In this document: in pieces, positions 1 to 10,762 of the stretch | Position numbering within the stretch: position 1 is the first letter of the stretch | Layout: every line of letters begins with the position of its first letter | Assembly: GCA_012960105.1 (NCBI GenBank) | Contig: DUBV01000005.1 | Coordinates: 7,433 to 71,432 of the forward strand | Length of the DNA stretch: 64,000 bases | From: Thiotrichaceae bacterium | GTDB taxonomy: Bacteria > Pseudomonadota > Gammaproteobacteria > Eutrophobiales > Eutrophobiaceae | Direction of reading: 5' to 3' | The notes under the pieces: generated by a model | The model's database searches: none | Told to the model about the DNA's origin: nothing | Seen by the model: the letters and a program-made list of their open reading frames with translations, nothing else | Made by a program: the position numbers and the translations under genes

Positions 1-323
1 TAGATTTTTTCGTTAGTAGTGCCTGGGCAGCGCCTGCACAGCAGGAGCCAAGTTTAGCCAGTTTTTTGCCTTTAATTGTTTTATTCGCGGTTTTTTACTT
101 TTTACTGATACGCCCGCAATTAAAGCAGGCAAAACAGCATAAGCTGTTAGTCAGTGAGTTGACTAAGGGTGATGAAGTCGCAACATCAGGTGGGTTGCTC
201 GGAAAAATAAAAGAAGTCGGTGATAATTTTGTTGCTATAGAAATAGCGAAAGACACTGAAGTAAAAGTACAAAAACAAGCAATAACTACGGTGTTGCCTA
301 AAGGCACACTGAAAACACTCTAA
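1..323 (+). CDS. yajC: preprotein translocase subunit YajC (5' end cut by window edge)
   Basis: The frame of ORF 66..323 stays open back to nt 3 (DFFVSSAWAAPAQQEPSLASFLPLIVLF...), so the real start lies upstream of the window. It has a hydrophobic helix followed by LIRPQ-K--K-H--L---L-KGDEV-T-GG--G-I, typical of YajC. It sits directly upstream of secD-secF. Confidence 0.85.
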   Translation, partial: DFFVSSAWAAPAQQEPSLASFLPLIVLFAVFYFLLIRPQLKQAKQHKLLVSELTKGDEVATSGGLLGKIKEVGDNFVAIEIAKDTEVKVQKQAITTVLPKGTLKTL

Positions 324-356
324 AATAATAAATCAAACAATAAGTAGGCTAAGGTC

Positions 357-2234
357 ATGAATCGTTATTCCCTCTGGAAATACATATTAATTTTATTTCT
401 GATTGGTTTGGGTGCGTTGTACGCATTACCAAATCTTTATGATAAAGATCCCGCGTTACAGATAACTGCATCGACATCAGCAGAAATAAGCGAACTAACA
501 GAGTTTCAAGTGGGTAACGCTTTGGATGAAGCGAAGATCGCTTACGAGTCTATGGAAGTCGGTAACGAGAAGTTGGTGGTTCGTTTTGATAATGAAGACA
601 TTCAATTACGTGCTAAATCAATAGTAGAAAAATCACTGGGCAGAAATTACATCGTTGCGCTAAATCTTGTACCAGCGACACCAATGTGGTTGAGAGATTT
701 GGGTGCTGAACCGATGTTCTTAGGTCTGGATTTACGAGGTGGTGTTCACTTCTTAATGGAAGTAGATATGGATGCGGCTATTGCCAAGGCTGAAAATAGT
801 TACATGTCTGAACTACGTAGTCAGATGCGCGAAAATAAAATTCGCTATAAAACCATCACCAGTAATAAATCCACTATAGAGGGGCAGTCAGGCGGTATAT
901 TAATCCGCTTTAAAGATGAAAAACAACGCGATAGCGGTGAAGAATTAATCGATAATAATTTTCCTGATCTCGCTGTAACTATTCCTGACTCGAGTACTAA
1001 TGAGTCTCAGCTAGTAGCGAGCATTAAAGAACAAGTAATACTGGATACCAAGAAGTTAGCGCTGCAACAAAATATTACGATTTTACGTAAACGTGTAAAT
1101 GAAATTGGTGTTGCTGAACCGGTGATACAGCAACAAGGCTTGGAGCGAATAGTTGTACAACTACCGGGCGTACAAGATCCAGGTGAAGCTGAAAAAATAT
1201 TAAGTGCCACAGCGACACTTGAGTTTAGATTGGTTGATGAAGATCACGATCCGCAAGATGCTAGCGATGGTCGTGTACCAGCTGGCTCTAAGCTTTATTC
1301 ACAACGTAGTGGCCTACCAATTCTGCTTAAGAAACAGGTGCTATTAACGGGAGATGCGATTATCAATGCGGCATCAGGTATAGATAGCCAAAGTGGTGGA
1401 CCTAATGTGACGATTACGCTTGATGGTCGTGGCGCAAAAAGAATGAGTCATGGTACGCGCGATAATGTTGGTAAACGACTCGCGGTTGTTTTTATAGAAA
1501 ATAAAATCGAAAACGTTGAGAAAGACGGTGAATTAGTTCAGAAAAAAATCATTGTTGAAGAAGTGATTAACGCCGCAGTAATACAAGAAGAGCTGGGAAA
1601 ACGTTTTCAGATTACCGGTCTTGATTCAACCAAAGAAGCGCGCACTTTAGCCTTGCTATTACGTGCCGGTGCTTTGGCTGCTCCTATTTACATTATTGAA
1701 GAACGTACGGTCGGTCCAAGCCTTGGGCAGGACAGTATCGATAAAGGTTTCAAGTCAGTCATGATCGGTTTTGTGTTAGTGCTTTTATTCATGGCTGTTT
1801 ACTACAGGGTCTTTGGTTTGGTTGCGAATGTTGCCTTGGCATTAAATCTGATTTTGGTTGTGGCGATGTTGTCCTTATTACAAGCGACGCTGACCTTACC
1901 GGGTATTGCCGGTATCGTATTAACCATCGGCATGGCAGTTGATGCGAACGTTTTGATTTTTGAACGTATCAGAGAAGAAATACGTAACGGTAATTCACCA
2001 CAGGCGAGTATTCATGCTGGTTATGAAAAAGCCTTTTCAACCATTGCCGATGCAAACATTACGACTTTGATTGCAGCTTTAGTCTTATTCAGTTTTGGTA
2101 CTGGTCCGGTTAAGGGTTTTGCTGTGACATTATCACTCGGTATCATTTCCTCGATGTTTACAGCCATCATTGTAACGCGTGGATTGGTTAACCTTATTTA
2201 TGGCGGACGTCGCCTAGAAAAATTAAAAATATAA
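357..2234 (+). CDS. secD: protein translocase subunit SecD
   Basis: 625 aa. N-terminal TM helix, large periplasmic domain (LGLDLRGGVHFLMEVD) and a C-terminal 5-TM block (RTVGPSLGQDSI...GIAGIVLTIGMAVDANVLIFERIREE). Standard yajC-secD-secF order. Confidence 0.95.
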   Translation: MNRYSLWKYILILFLIGLGALYALPNLYDKDPALQITASTSAEISELTEFQVGNALDEAKIAYESMEVGNEKLVVRFDNEDIQLRAKSIVEKSLGRNYIVALNLVPATPMWLRDLGAEPMFLGLDLRGGVHFLMEVDMDAAIAKAENSYMSELRSQMRENKIRYKTITSNKSTIEGQSGGILIRFKDEKQRDSGEELIDNNFPDLAVTIPDSSTNESQLVASIKEQVILDTKKLALQQNITILRKRVNEIGVAEPVIQQQGLERIVVQLPGVQDPGEAEKILSATATLEFRLVDEDHDPQDASDGRVPAGSKLYSQRSGLPILLKKQVLLTGDAIINAASGIDSQSGGPNVTITLDGRGAKRMSHGTRDNVGKRLAVVFIENKIENVEKDGELVQKKIIVEEVINAAVIQEELGKRFQITGLDSTKEARTLALLLRAGALAAPIYIIEERTVGPSLGQDSIDKGFKSVMIGFVLVLLFMAVYYRVFGLVANVALALNLILVVAMLSLLQATLTLPGIAGIVLTIGMAVDANVLIFERIREEIRNGNSPQASIHAGYEKAFSTIADANITTLIAALVLFSFGTGPVKGFAVTLSLGIISSMFTAIIVTRGLVNLIYGGRRLEKLKI

Positions 2235-2258
2235 AAGACTTCATTAGAGATAGCTATT

Positions 2259-3197
2259 ATGGAAATGCAAAATAATACACGATTCAATTTCGACATTATG
2301 GGTAAGCGGAAGATAACCTCAATCATCTCCGGTGTACTGCTTATTGTGTCTATTGCTTCATTAGTTATGCAGGGTTTAAATCTAGGTATTGATTTTACCG
2401 GCGGTACTTTAATTGAAATAGGTTATTCAGAAGCTGTAGAACTTACTCAAGTTCGTGATGCTATAGATGGTTCAGAATTTAACAATGCGGTAGTGCAATA
2501 TTTTGGTTCAGCGACGGACGTGTTAATTCGTGTTCCGCCTAGTGAGGGTCTAGGTAGTGATGCTATTAATGATAAAATATTGAATGTACTTTCTGATACG
2601 GGTCAGGGTATCGAAATGCGTCGTATTGAATTTGTTGGACCCCAAGTCGGTGAAGAATTAAAAAATGATGGTGGTCTAGCGATGCTTTATGCCTTGATAG
2701 GCATTCTTCTATATGTTGCGATGCGTTTCCAACTACGTTTTTCTGTTGGTGCAATTGTGGCACTAGTGCATGATGTATTAATTACGCTTGGTATTTTCTC
2801 TGTAACAGGTATCGATTTCGATCTGACTGTATTGGCCGCGTTGCTGGCAGTCATTGGTTATTCCCTGAACGATACTATTGTTGTGTTTGACCGAGTTCGT
2901 GAAAATTTCCGTAAGCTTCGTGAAATAACACCTGTAGAAGTATTTAATGTTTCTTTGAATCAAACGCTTAGTAGAACGATCATGACGTCATTAACGACTT
3001 TATTGGTATTGGTTGCATTGTTTATTTTTGGTGGTGAAATCATTCATAGCTTTGCGATTGCATTAATTATCGGCGTTTTGATTGGTACCTACTCTTCTAT
3101 TTTTGTTGCTAGCCCAATGACGATCGCTTTAGGTATTACTAAAGAAGATTTGATGCCGGTACAGAAAGAGGGAGCTAAATTAGATAACATGCCTTAA
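2259..3197 (+). CDS. secF: protein translocase subunit SecF
   Basis: 312 aa. Contains GIDFTGGTLIEI and the SecD/F 6-TM block (GYSLNDTIVVFDRVRENF). Follows secD after 24 nt. Confidence 0.95.
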   Translation: MEMQNNTRFNFDIMGKRKITSIISGVLLIVSIASLVMQGLNLGIDFTGGTLIEIGYSEAVELTQVRDAIDGSEFNNAVVQYFGSATDVLIRVPPSEGLGSDAINDKILNVLSDTGQGIEMRRIEFVGPQVGEELKNDGGLAMLYALIGILLYVAMRFQLRFSVGAIVALVHDVLITLGIFSVTGIDFDLTVLAALLAVIGYSLNDTIVVFDRVRENFRKLREITPVEVFNVSLNQTLSRTIMTSLTTLLVLVALFIFGGEIIHSFAIALIIGVLIGTYSSIFVASPMTIALGITKEDLMPVQKEGAKLDNMP

Positions 3198-3225
3198 GGC
3201 ATGTTTCTAGTGCAGCTATAAGATA

Positions 3226-4374
3226 GTGTCTTCATTATCAATAGTTGCCGATCAACAAATTCTATTAGCAAAGGAATCCTTTTCAAAATTCGGTGATGTT
3301 CAATTAGTTGATGGTCGTTCTATCGACCATCAAATGATCAAAGATGCTGATGTTCTTTTGGTACGTTCAGTGACTAAAGTTAATGAAACATTATTAAAAG
3401 ATTCCAAAATAAAATTTGTCGGTTCTGCTACCAGTGGGATTGATCATATAGATACTGATTATCTTAGAAAATCTAATATTCCATTTGCTCAAGCTTTGGG
3501 TAGCAATGCACGTTCGGTTGCCGAATATGTATTAAGTAGTTTATTTATTATCGCTGAACAACAGGGCTTTGCTCTTGCTGATAAAACAGTTGGCATTATT
3601 GGTTGTGGACAGGTGGGTTCACGCGTTAAACGGTTTATGGATGTTCTTGGTGTTAACTGCGTATTAAATGACCCGCTATTAGCGCAGCAGTCTTCAGCCC
3701 ATTCTTATGTTGAGCTTGAAGACATTTTTCAAGCCGACATCATTACCTTGCATGTGCCTTTGTCTACAGATGGTGAGTTTCCTACTAATAAGCTCGTTAA
3801 TAAAGATTTTCTCAATAATTTAAAGTCAGATGTCATTCTTGTGAACAGTTCGCGAGGGCAAGTTGTTGATGAAGCTGATTTATTAGCATTCAAACAAGCA
3901 AATCCTAAAGCGACATTAATTCTCGATGTTTGGTGTAATGAACCTGATATCGATATTAATTTATTAGAAAAAGCATTTATCGCGACACCACATATAGCCG
4001 GTTATAGCTATGATGGTAAGCTCAAGGCAACAGAAATGCTCTTTGCTGCGCTCAAGGACTACCTAAGTAATGAAACGTTGAAAGAAGAGGTGGGCGAGGT
4101 TGATGAAGTAAAATCAACAAAAGAAATATTCACCATTAATGAGGATGACATTCTCCTCGCGGTAATGCAGAGCTATGATGTCAGGAGTGATGCAATTGCT
4201 ATGACAAGTCTCGGCAATATCGGAGCTGATAAACGTTCGGCCTATTTTGATAGTTTGAGAAAAAATTATCCGGTAAGACGAGAGTTCACCAATAGAGTAA
4301 TCCAAACGAATAATATGAGTTCTGAAATAGAACAACAACTACAGCAACTAGGTTTTAAAGTAGACACGCTATGA
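3226..4374 (+). CDS. pdxB: erythronate-4-phosphate dehydrogenase
   Basis: 382 aa, GTG start. The N-terminus LLVRSVTKVNETLL and the NAD motif GIIGCGQVGSRV are colinear with E. coli PdxB, including the PdxB-specific C-terminal domain (FD-LRKNYP-RREF). Confidence 0.85.
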   Translation: MSSLSIVADQQILLAKESFSKFGDVQLVDGRSIDHQMIKDADVLLVRSVTKVNETLLKDSKIKFVGSATSGIDHIDTDYLRKSNIPFAQALGSNARSVAEYVLSSLFIIAEQQGFALADKTVGIIGCGQVGSRVKRFMDVLGVNCVLNDPLLAQQSSAHSYVELEDIFQADIITLHVPLSTDGEFPTNKLVNKDFLNNLKSDVILVNSSRGQVVDEADLLAFKQANPKATLILDVWCNEPDIDINLLEKAFIATPHIAGYSYDGKLKATEMLFAALKDYLSNETLKEEVGEVDEVKSTKEIFTINEDDILLAVMQSYDVRSDAIAMTSLGNIGADKRSAYFDSLRKNYPVRREFTNRVIQTNNMSSEIEQQLQQLGFKVDTL

Positions 4375-4973
4375 AGAAATTAGCTGTATTGGTTTCAGGA
4401 CGCGGTAGCAATATGACGGCGATTATTAATGCTTGTGAGCAAGGCACGCTATCAGCGAGTGTAGAGTTGGTCATTAGTAATAATGAGGATTCTTTAGCTT
4501 TAGAATTAGCTCAGGAAAAAAATATAGATACTTGTCATCTGAGTTCTTGTACACACGCAGATGCAAATTTACTTGATATAGCAATGCAGCAAGTGCTAGC
4601 CAGTCACAATATCGATATTGTTTTATTGGCGGGATTTATGAAAAAAATAGGTCCGAAAACATTATCGGCTTATAAAGGCAGACTCATTAATATTCATCCT
4701 TCTTTGTTACCGAAGTTTGGTGGTCAGGGTATGTTTGGTTTGAATGTACATAATGCCGTGATAGACGCAGGTGAAAAAGAAACTGGTGTGACCATCCATT
4801 TAGTCGATGGTGAATATGATAAAGGTGCAATATTGGCACAAACAGCTGTTGCTGTTGGAGTTGAGGATACGCCAGAATCGTTGGCAGCAAAGGTTTTGAA
4901 GGTGGAACATGTTTTATTTGCAGAAACAATACAAAAAATTATAGATGGCAGTATTATATTGCCTGCTAATTAG
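4371..4973 (+). CDS. purN: phosphoribosylglycinamide formyltransferase
   Basis: 200 aa. Contains LVSGRGSN and the formyltransferase motif NIHPSLLPKFGG, plus HLVDGEYDKGAIL. ATGA overlap with the pdxB stop. Confidence 0.9.
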   Translation: MKKLAVLVSGRGSNMTAIINACEQGTLSASVELVISNNEDSLALELAQEKNIDTCHLSSCTHADANLLDIAMQQVLASHNIDIVLLAGFMKKIGPKTLSAYKGRLINIHPSLLPKFGGQGMFGLNVHNAVIDAGEKETGVTIHLVDGEYDKGAILAQTAVAVGVEDTPESLAAKVLKVEHVLFAETIQKIIDGSIILPAN

Positions 4974-4991
4974 CCTGTCTAGGGGAGACTA

Positions 4992-5372
4992 ATGCGAATT
5001 TTGCACACGATGTTAAGAGTAGGAAATCTGGAAAAATCACTTCATTTTTACACAGAAATTATGGGAATGAAGTTATTAAGAAAAGAAGATTTTCCAGAAT
5101 GGAAGTTTACCTTGGCATTTGTCGGCTACGGTGATGAGTCTGATACATCAGTTATAGAGTTAACTCATAACTGGGATATAGAATCTTATGATTTGGGTAA
5201 TGCATACGGGCATATCGCTATTGGTGTTGAAGACGTTTATAAAACCTGTGACAAAATCAAGGCAGCGGGTGGTACGGTAGTCCGAGAAGCCGGACCTATG
5301 CAGGGTGGTGATCTGGTACTTGCCTTTGTTGAAGATCCTGATGGTTATAAGGTTGAGTTACTGGAAGATTAA
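4992..5372 (+). CDS. gloA: lactoylglutathione lyase (glyoxalase I)
   Basis: 126 aa. [24 protein letters not shown] and [10 protein letters not shown] are near-colinear with enterobacterial GloA. Confidence 0.9.
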   Translation: MRILHTMLRVGNLEKSLHFYTEIMGMKLLRKEDFPEWKFTLAFVGYGDESDTSVIELTHNWDIESYDLGNAYGHIAIGVEDVYKTCDKIKAAGGTVVREAGPMQGGDLVLAFVEDPDGYKVELLED

Positions 5373-5479
5373 GTAAACTATAAATCAATTTATTTCTCTA
5401 AAAATATTTAATGCGAGCGTCATTATTAAAATGACACTTCGCAAATATTTTATTTATTAAATTAAGTAAAGTCAGAAAG

Positions 5480-7942
5480 ATGATAGAACAAATAAAAAAT
5501 ATCTACGTAGCGACGGTATTAAAGCACCCGATTATTGTCTGCATATTTATGGTGGCGATATTGGCTTTTTTTACAGTTCAAACTAAGAATTTTAAGCTTG
5601 ATGCTTCAGCCGATTCTTTGTTGCTGGATGATGATAAGGATTTAAAAATATTCAGGGAAACACTGGATCGTTATGCAACTAAAGAGTTCTTGTTCGTTAT
5701 CTTTATTCCTGATGAAGACTTATTTTCTCAAAATTCGATAAAGCAAATCACCAATCTTCGAAATGAGTTACGTGAATTGGAACCGGTTGATTCAGTTATT
5801 AGCCTGGTTGACGTGCCTCTGGTCAGGCAGATAGAAGGCTCTCTTTCTGATGTTGCTGATAATGTAAGAACGATTGAAGGCGGCGGCGTAGATATGGATA
5901 AAGCTAAGAAAGAGCTTTTAACCAGCCCTATCTATAGAGAATTAATAATCAGTGAAGATAGTACAACGACTGCAATACAAGTTAACTTAAAAGACGATAA
6001 AGCATTTCGTGACTTACAACGAGAAAGAAACCAGTTGTTGTTTAAATCTAATAGCGAAGGTTTAAGTAATGATGAGCAATTACAACTTGATGTACTAGCC
6101 GCTGCATATACTGCGCGGAAAAAAGAAATCGATCAGGTCAACCATGACAATATCGAAGCCATACGAGAAATAACTTCACGATATCAACAATACGGTGCCT
6201 TATATCTGGGTGGTGTTCCAATGATCGCCGACGATATGATCACCTTTATCAAAAATGATTTGATTATATTCGGTGTCGGCGTGTTTCTTTTTCTGGTCGG
6301 CATGTTAACAATAATTTTCCGTAAGCTTAGATGGGTTATGTTGCCCTTATTAAGCTGCTTTTATGCGGGCTTATTAATGCTGGGTTTTCTAGGTTTAGTT
6401 GGCTGGCATGTGACGGTTATTTCTTCAAACTTCATATCATTAATGTTGATCATCACTATGTCTATGAACGTGCATCTTATTGTTCGTTATCGACAGTTAT
6501 GGAATGATTTTCCTGATTACACACAGCATGAACTCGTATTAACTACCGCCTGTAAAATGGTGTGGCCTTGTTTTTATACAGCATTAACAACGATTTTGGC
6601 ATTCAGTTCATTAGTTGTCAGTGGTATAAAACCCGTCATCGATTTTGGTTGGATGATGACCATAGGTTTAGCCGTTACCTTTTTGACAACGTTTATCTTG
6701 TTTCCTGCGATATTAATTTTGTTGCCGAAAACATCTGAACGGGTAAACCCAAGAGATGAATTTCAATTTACACCCAAGCTTGCTTCGTTAACCGAGCGAC
6801 ATGGAAATAAAGTTTTGCTGCTGACCTTGGTTCTTGCTGTTGTTAGTGGCTATGGCATTAGTCGTCTGGAAGTTGAAAACAGTTTTATTAATTATTTCAG
6901 TGAAGATACTGAGATTTATCAGGGTTTACGTTTAATTGACGAAAAATTAGGTGGAACTACACCTCTTGATATTGTCTTGAATCTGGAAGATGTGGGTGGA
7001 GTTGATTCTGACGAAGATGATCTGGATGATTTGTTTGGCGGATTTGAAGAAGAACAAGAGGCAGAACAAGTTTGGCTGACTCCTGAACGAGTGGTTATCA
7101 TAAAAGAGGTTCACGATTATCTTGATTCCCTGCCTGCAATTGGCAAAGTGCTTTCACTTGCTTCTATCGTTCGTGTTGGTGAAGAAATTAATGATGGTGA
7201 GTTTGATGCGTTTGAACTGGCTGTCGTAATGAAGCGCATGCCTGAAGATTTGAAAGAAAGCATGATTACGCCGTATATCTCGGAAGAGAATAACGAGGCT
7301 CGAATTAATATTCGTATTCTGGATTCATTGAAAGACTTAAGGCGCAAAGAACTACTAGTACAGATAAAAACAGATTTGCTTGGAAAGCTTAACCTTACAG
7401 AAGATCAGGTTCAGATTACCGGCATTCTTGTGCTTTATAACAACATGTTACAAAGCCTGTTTAAATCTCAAATATCAACTTTGGGTGTGGTGATGGTGGG
7501 TATTGCCTTGATGCTGATGGTTCTCTTTCGTTCTATTCCGCTTGCTGTGATAGGTATAGTTCCCAATATTCTTGCAGCAGCTATTATTCTTGGGTTAATG
7601 GGCTTGTTGAGAATACCATTGGATATGATGACCATTACCATAGCGGCGATAACAATAGGTATTGCGGTTGATAACAGTATTCACTATATCTATCGCTTCC
7701 GTGAAGAGTTTCCAAAGACACATGATTACGTCAGAACCATGCATTATTGCCATGCCAATATCGGAAAAGCGGTATTTTATACCGCCATTACCATTATTAT
7801 TGGCTTTTCAATTCTGGTGCTATCCAATTTTATCCCAACGATATATTTTGGCTTGTTGACGGCTCTGGCGATGTTCATTGCCTTATTTGCGGCACTGACT
7901 TTATTGCCAAAATTGATACTGATTGCAAAGCCGTTCGGGTAA
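5480..7942 (+). CDS. RND-superfamily exporter, COG1033/MMPL type (HpnN-like architecture)
   Basis: 820 aa. It has two repeats of 1 TM + a large soluble loop + a 5-TM bundle (aa ~250-420 and ~640-815). The motifs PMIADDMITFIKNDL and ITIGIAVDNSIHYIYRFREE are typical of MMPL/HpnN-type RND proteins. An acidic insert DVGGVDSDEDDLDDLFGGFEEEQEAEQ sits in loop 2. Confidence 0.75.
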   Translation: MIEQIKNIYVATVLKHPIIVCIFMVAILAFFTVQTKNFKLDASADSLLLDDDKDLKIFRETLDRYATKEFLFVIFIPDEDLFSQNSIKQITNLRNELRELEPVDSVISLVDVPLVRQIEGSLSDVADNVRTIEGGGVDMDKAKKELLTSPIYRELIISEDSTTTAIQVNLKDDKAFRDLQRERNQLLFKSNSEGLSNDEQLQLDVLAAAYTARKKEIDQVNHDNIEAIREITSRYQQYGALYLGGVPMIADDMITFIKNDLIIFGVGVFLFLVGMLTIIFRKLRWVMLPLLSCFYAGLLMLGFLGLVGWHVTVISSNFISLMLIITMSMNVHLIVRYRQLWNDFPDYTQHELVLTTACKMVWPCFYTALTTILAFSSLVVSGIKPVIDFGWMMTIGLAVTFLTTFILFPAILILLPKTSERVNPRDEFQFTPKLASLTERHGNKVLLLTLVLAVVSGYGISRLEVENSFINYFSEDTEIYQGLRLIDEKLGGTTPLDIVLNLEDVGGVDSDEDDLDDLFGGFEEEQEAEQVWLTPERVVIIKEVHDYLDSLPAIGKVLSLASIVRVGEEINDGEFDAFELAVVMKRMPEDLKESMITPYISEENNEARINIRILDSLKDLRRKELLVQIKTDLLGKLNLTEDQVQITGILVLYNNMLQSLFKSQISTLGVVMVGIALMLMVLFRSIPLAVIGIVPNILAAAIILGLMGLLRIPLDMMTITIAAITIGIAVDNSIHYIYRFREEFPKTHDYVRTMHYCHANIGKAVFYTAITIIIGFSILVLSNFIPTIYFGLLTALAMFIALFAALTLLPKLILIAKPFG

Positions 7943-8208
7943 AGCTTTTCTAAACAATGCCTTGGGGTTATTATTTCAAGTAAAACAAGCATTAATGGCA
8001 ATTTAATTAAGCAAAAAATGTCGAATAAGTCACACTATAAGTGCTTTCTATCGGTATATTTAGTCATTACAATATCTGCCTCCAGAATGCTGTGTATTAC
8101 CTTTATTTAATAAAGAGAAATAAAGGTAAGTCCAAATATAAGCAATTTATTCTGAACTACTATGCCCAGTAGAGGGTCGATAATATAAATATTCCCAGAG
8201 GTAGAACT

Positions 8209-8838
8209 ATGGAAGGCAGAATCATAAAATCGTTGTTTTTGGCCGTTTTTTTACTAGCTAGCATTAGTCAAAGTTTTGCTGCAGTAAATTTACCAGAAAC
8301 AGTTGTTAAGAAAACTGCAGATGGTGTTATTAGCCGGATCGAAGCTCAACGTTCTGAATTGAAAGAAAATCCAGAATATATTTATGACCTGGTTAATGAA
8401 TTAGTGATTCCCCATTTTGATTTTATCAATATGTCTAAATGGATACTTGGAAAAAACTGGAAGAGCGCTAATACTGCGCAACGTGATAATTTCATCGAAC
8501 AGTTTAAGACTTTATTAGTTCGAACTTATGCTCGCGCATTATTAGAATATTCGGGCCAAGGCGTAAAATATTTTCCTGTAGAGAAAAATAAAAAACCGAA
8601 TCTAGCTGTGGTCAAGACAGAGTTAGTGCGTTCCGGTGCCAAACCTTTTCCAGTCAATTATCGTATGTATCAAAATAATGATGAATGGAAAATAGTGGAT
8701 GTTGCTGTTGATGGTGTTAGCCTGGTTTCTACTTACAGAGGTTCATTCGCTAGCCAGATTAAGAAAGATGGTTTTGATTCACTCATCCAGAAGTTGGTGG
8801 ATAAAAACGAAAAATTGGCTAAGAAGCTGACAAAATAA
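8209..8838 (+). CDS. mlaC: MlaC/Ttg2D-family periplasmic lipid-binding protein (HpnM-like)
   Basis: 209 aa with a signal peptide (LFLAVFLLASISQSFA/A). Colinear with E. coli MlaC (NPEYIYDLVNELV-P-FDF, LGKNWKSA--AQR--F---FK-LL-RTYA). A good SD (AGAGG) lies upstream. Confidence 0.8.
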   Translation: MEGRIIKSLFLAVFLLASISQSFAAVNLPETVVKKTADGVISRIEAQRSELKENPEYIYDLVNELVIPHFDFINMSKWILGKNWKSANTAQRDNFIEQFKTLLVRTYARALLEYSGQGVKYFPVEKNKKPNLAVVKTELVRSGAKPFPVNYRMYQNNDEWKIVDVAVDGVSLVSTYRGSFASQIKKDGFDSLIQKLVDKNEKLAKKLTK

Positions 8839-8862
8839 TTAGAATTATATGTCGAGTACAAT

Positions 8863-8887
8863 AACAACCGGGCAATGCCCGGTTGTT
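8863..8887 (+). terminator. stem-loop after the mlaC-like gene (putative intrinsic terminator)
   Basis: Perfect 11-bp stem AACAACCGGGC / GCCCGGTTGTT with a 3-nt loop, 25 nt after the stop codon. The trailing T-tract is weak (TTGTTTACCTT). Confidence 0.5.
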
Positions 8888-8965
8888 TACCTTAAGGTAC
8901 TCTAAAAAATCAACACTTAATCCGCTAGTTTCCTTTATCATAGTCACTTAATACGAACAGCAATT

Positions 8966-9205
8966 ATGAATCCAGAAACAATTAAACAACTTATTGCCTC
9001 GGGCTTGGCTGATGCTGATATTTTAGTCGAAGGTGATGATGGTACGCATTTTCAAGCGCGTATCGTAAGTGCATCATTTACCGGTTTGAATACGGTGCAA
9101 CAACACCAGATGGTTTATAAAACTTTGGGTGATAAAATGGGCACAGATATCCACGCTTTATCCATCCAGACATATACTCCGGCAGAATGGGAAAAACAGA
9201 CGTAA
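8966..9205 (+). CDS. ibaG: BolA-family protein IbaG (YrbA)
   Basis: 79 aa. G-DG-HF---IVS--F-G and the C-terminal IHALSIQTYTPAEW match E. coli IbaG. Conserved position immediately upstream of murA. Confidence 0.8.
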   Translation: MNPETIKQLIASGLADADILVEGDDGTHFQARIVSASFTGLNTVQQHQMVYKTLGDKMGTDIHALSIQTYTPAEWEKQT

Positions 9206-9238
9206 TTGCAGATATTGTGAATAATAATAAAAAGGTAA

Positions 9239-10509
<1,271 letters not shown>

Positions 10510-10510
<1 letters not shown>

Positions 10511-10673
10511 AAAAGCCATTGCACACTTGTTTTTTGTCCCCTGGCGTCGTCGCCTAAAGCGCCTACTTTTGGTAAAAAACGTACTCAATCGGTCATTTAT
10601 ATACATAAATTCCCTCTTCCGTGCGTTTTTGCCTAGCCAGTGAACAAAATCCCTGCGCGTGCAAAGGCTTTTC
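10510..10673. repeat. MITE-like repeat, copy A (internally deleted)
   Basis: The arms AAAAAGCCATTGCACAC (10510-10526) and GCGTGCAAAGGCTTTTC (10657-10673) are reverse complements at 14/17 positions. The interior shares the core CGTCGTCGCCTAAAGCGCCTACT-TTGGT-AAAA and the box TTTTGCCT..GAACAAAAT with the copy at 12704-12919. Confidence 0.6.
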
Positions 10674-10762
10674 ATATTTAAATTACAGGAAACTTTTTAG
10701 TTCTTTCGATTCTATTGTATTCTGTTTTATTTTTATCCAACCTCTTAACGTAGACTGAAATT

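Noticed and set aside
5373-5479. Imperfect hairpin GCGAGCGTCATT-ATTAA-AATGACACTTCGC after gloA as a terminator.
   Set aside because: The stem is interrupted and no T-tract follows. The evidence is too weak to annotate.
10674-10762. Searched for a his-operon attenuator (leader peptide with a His-codon run plus terminator) upstream of hisG.
   Set aside because: There is no run of CAC/CAT codons and no alternative hairpins. The region is plain AT-rich promoter-like sequence.
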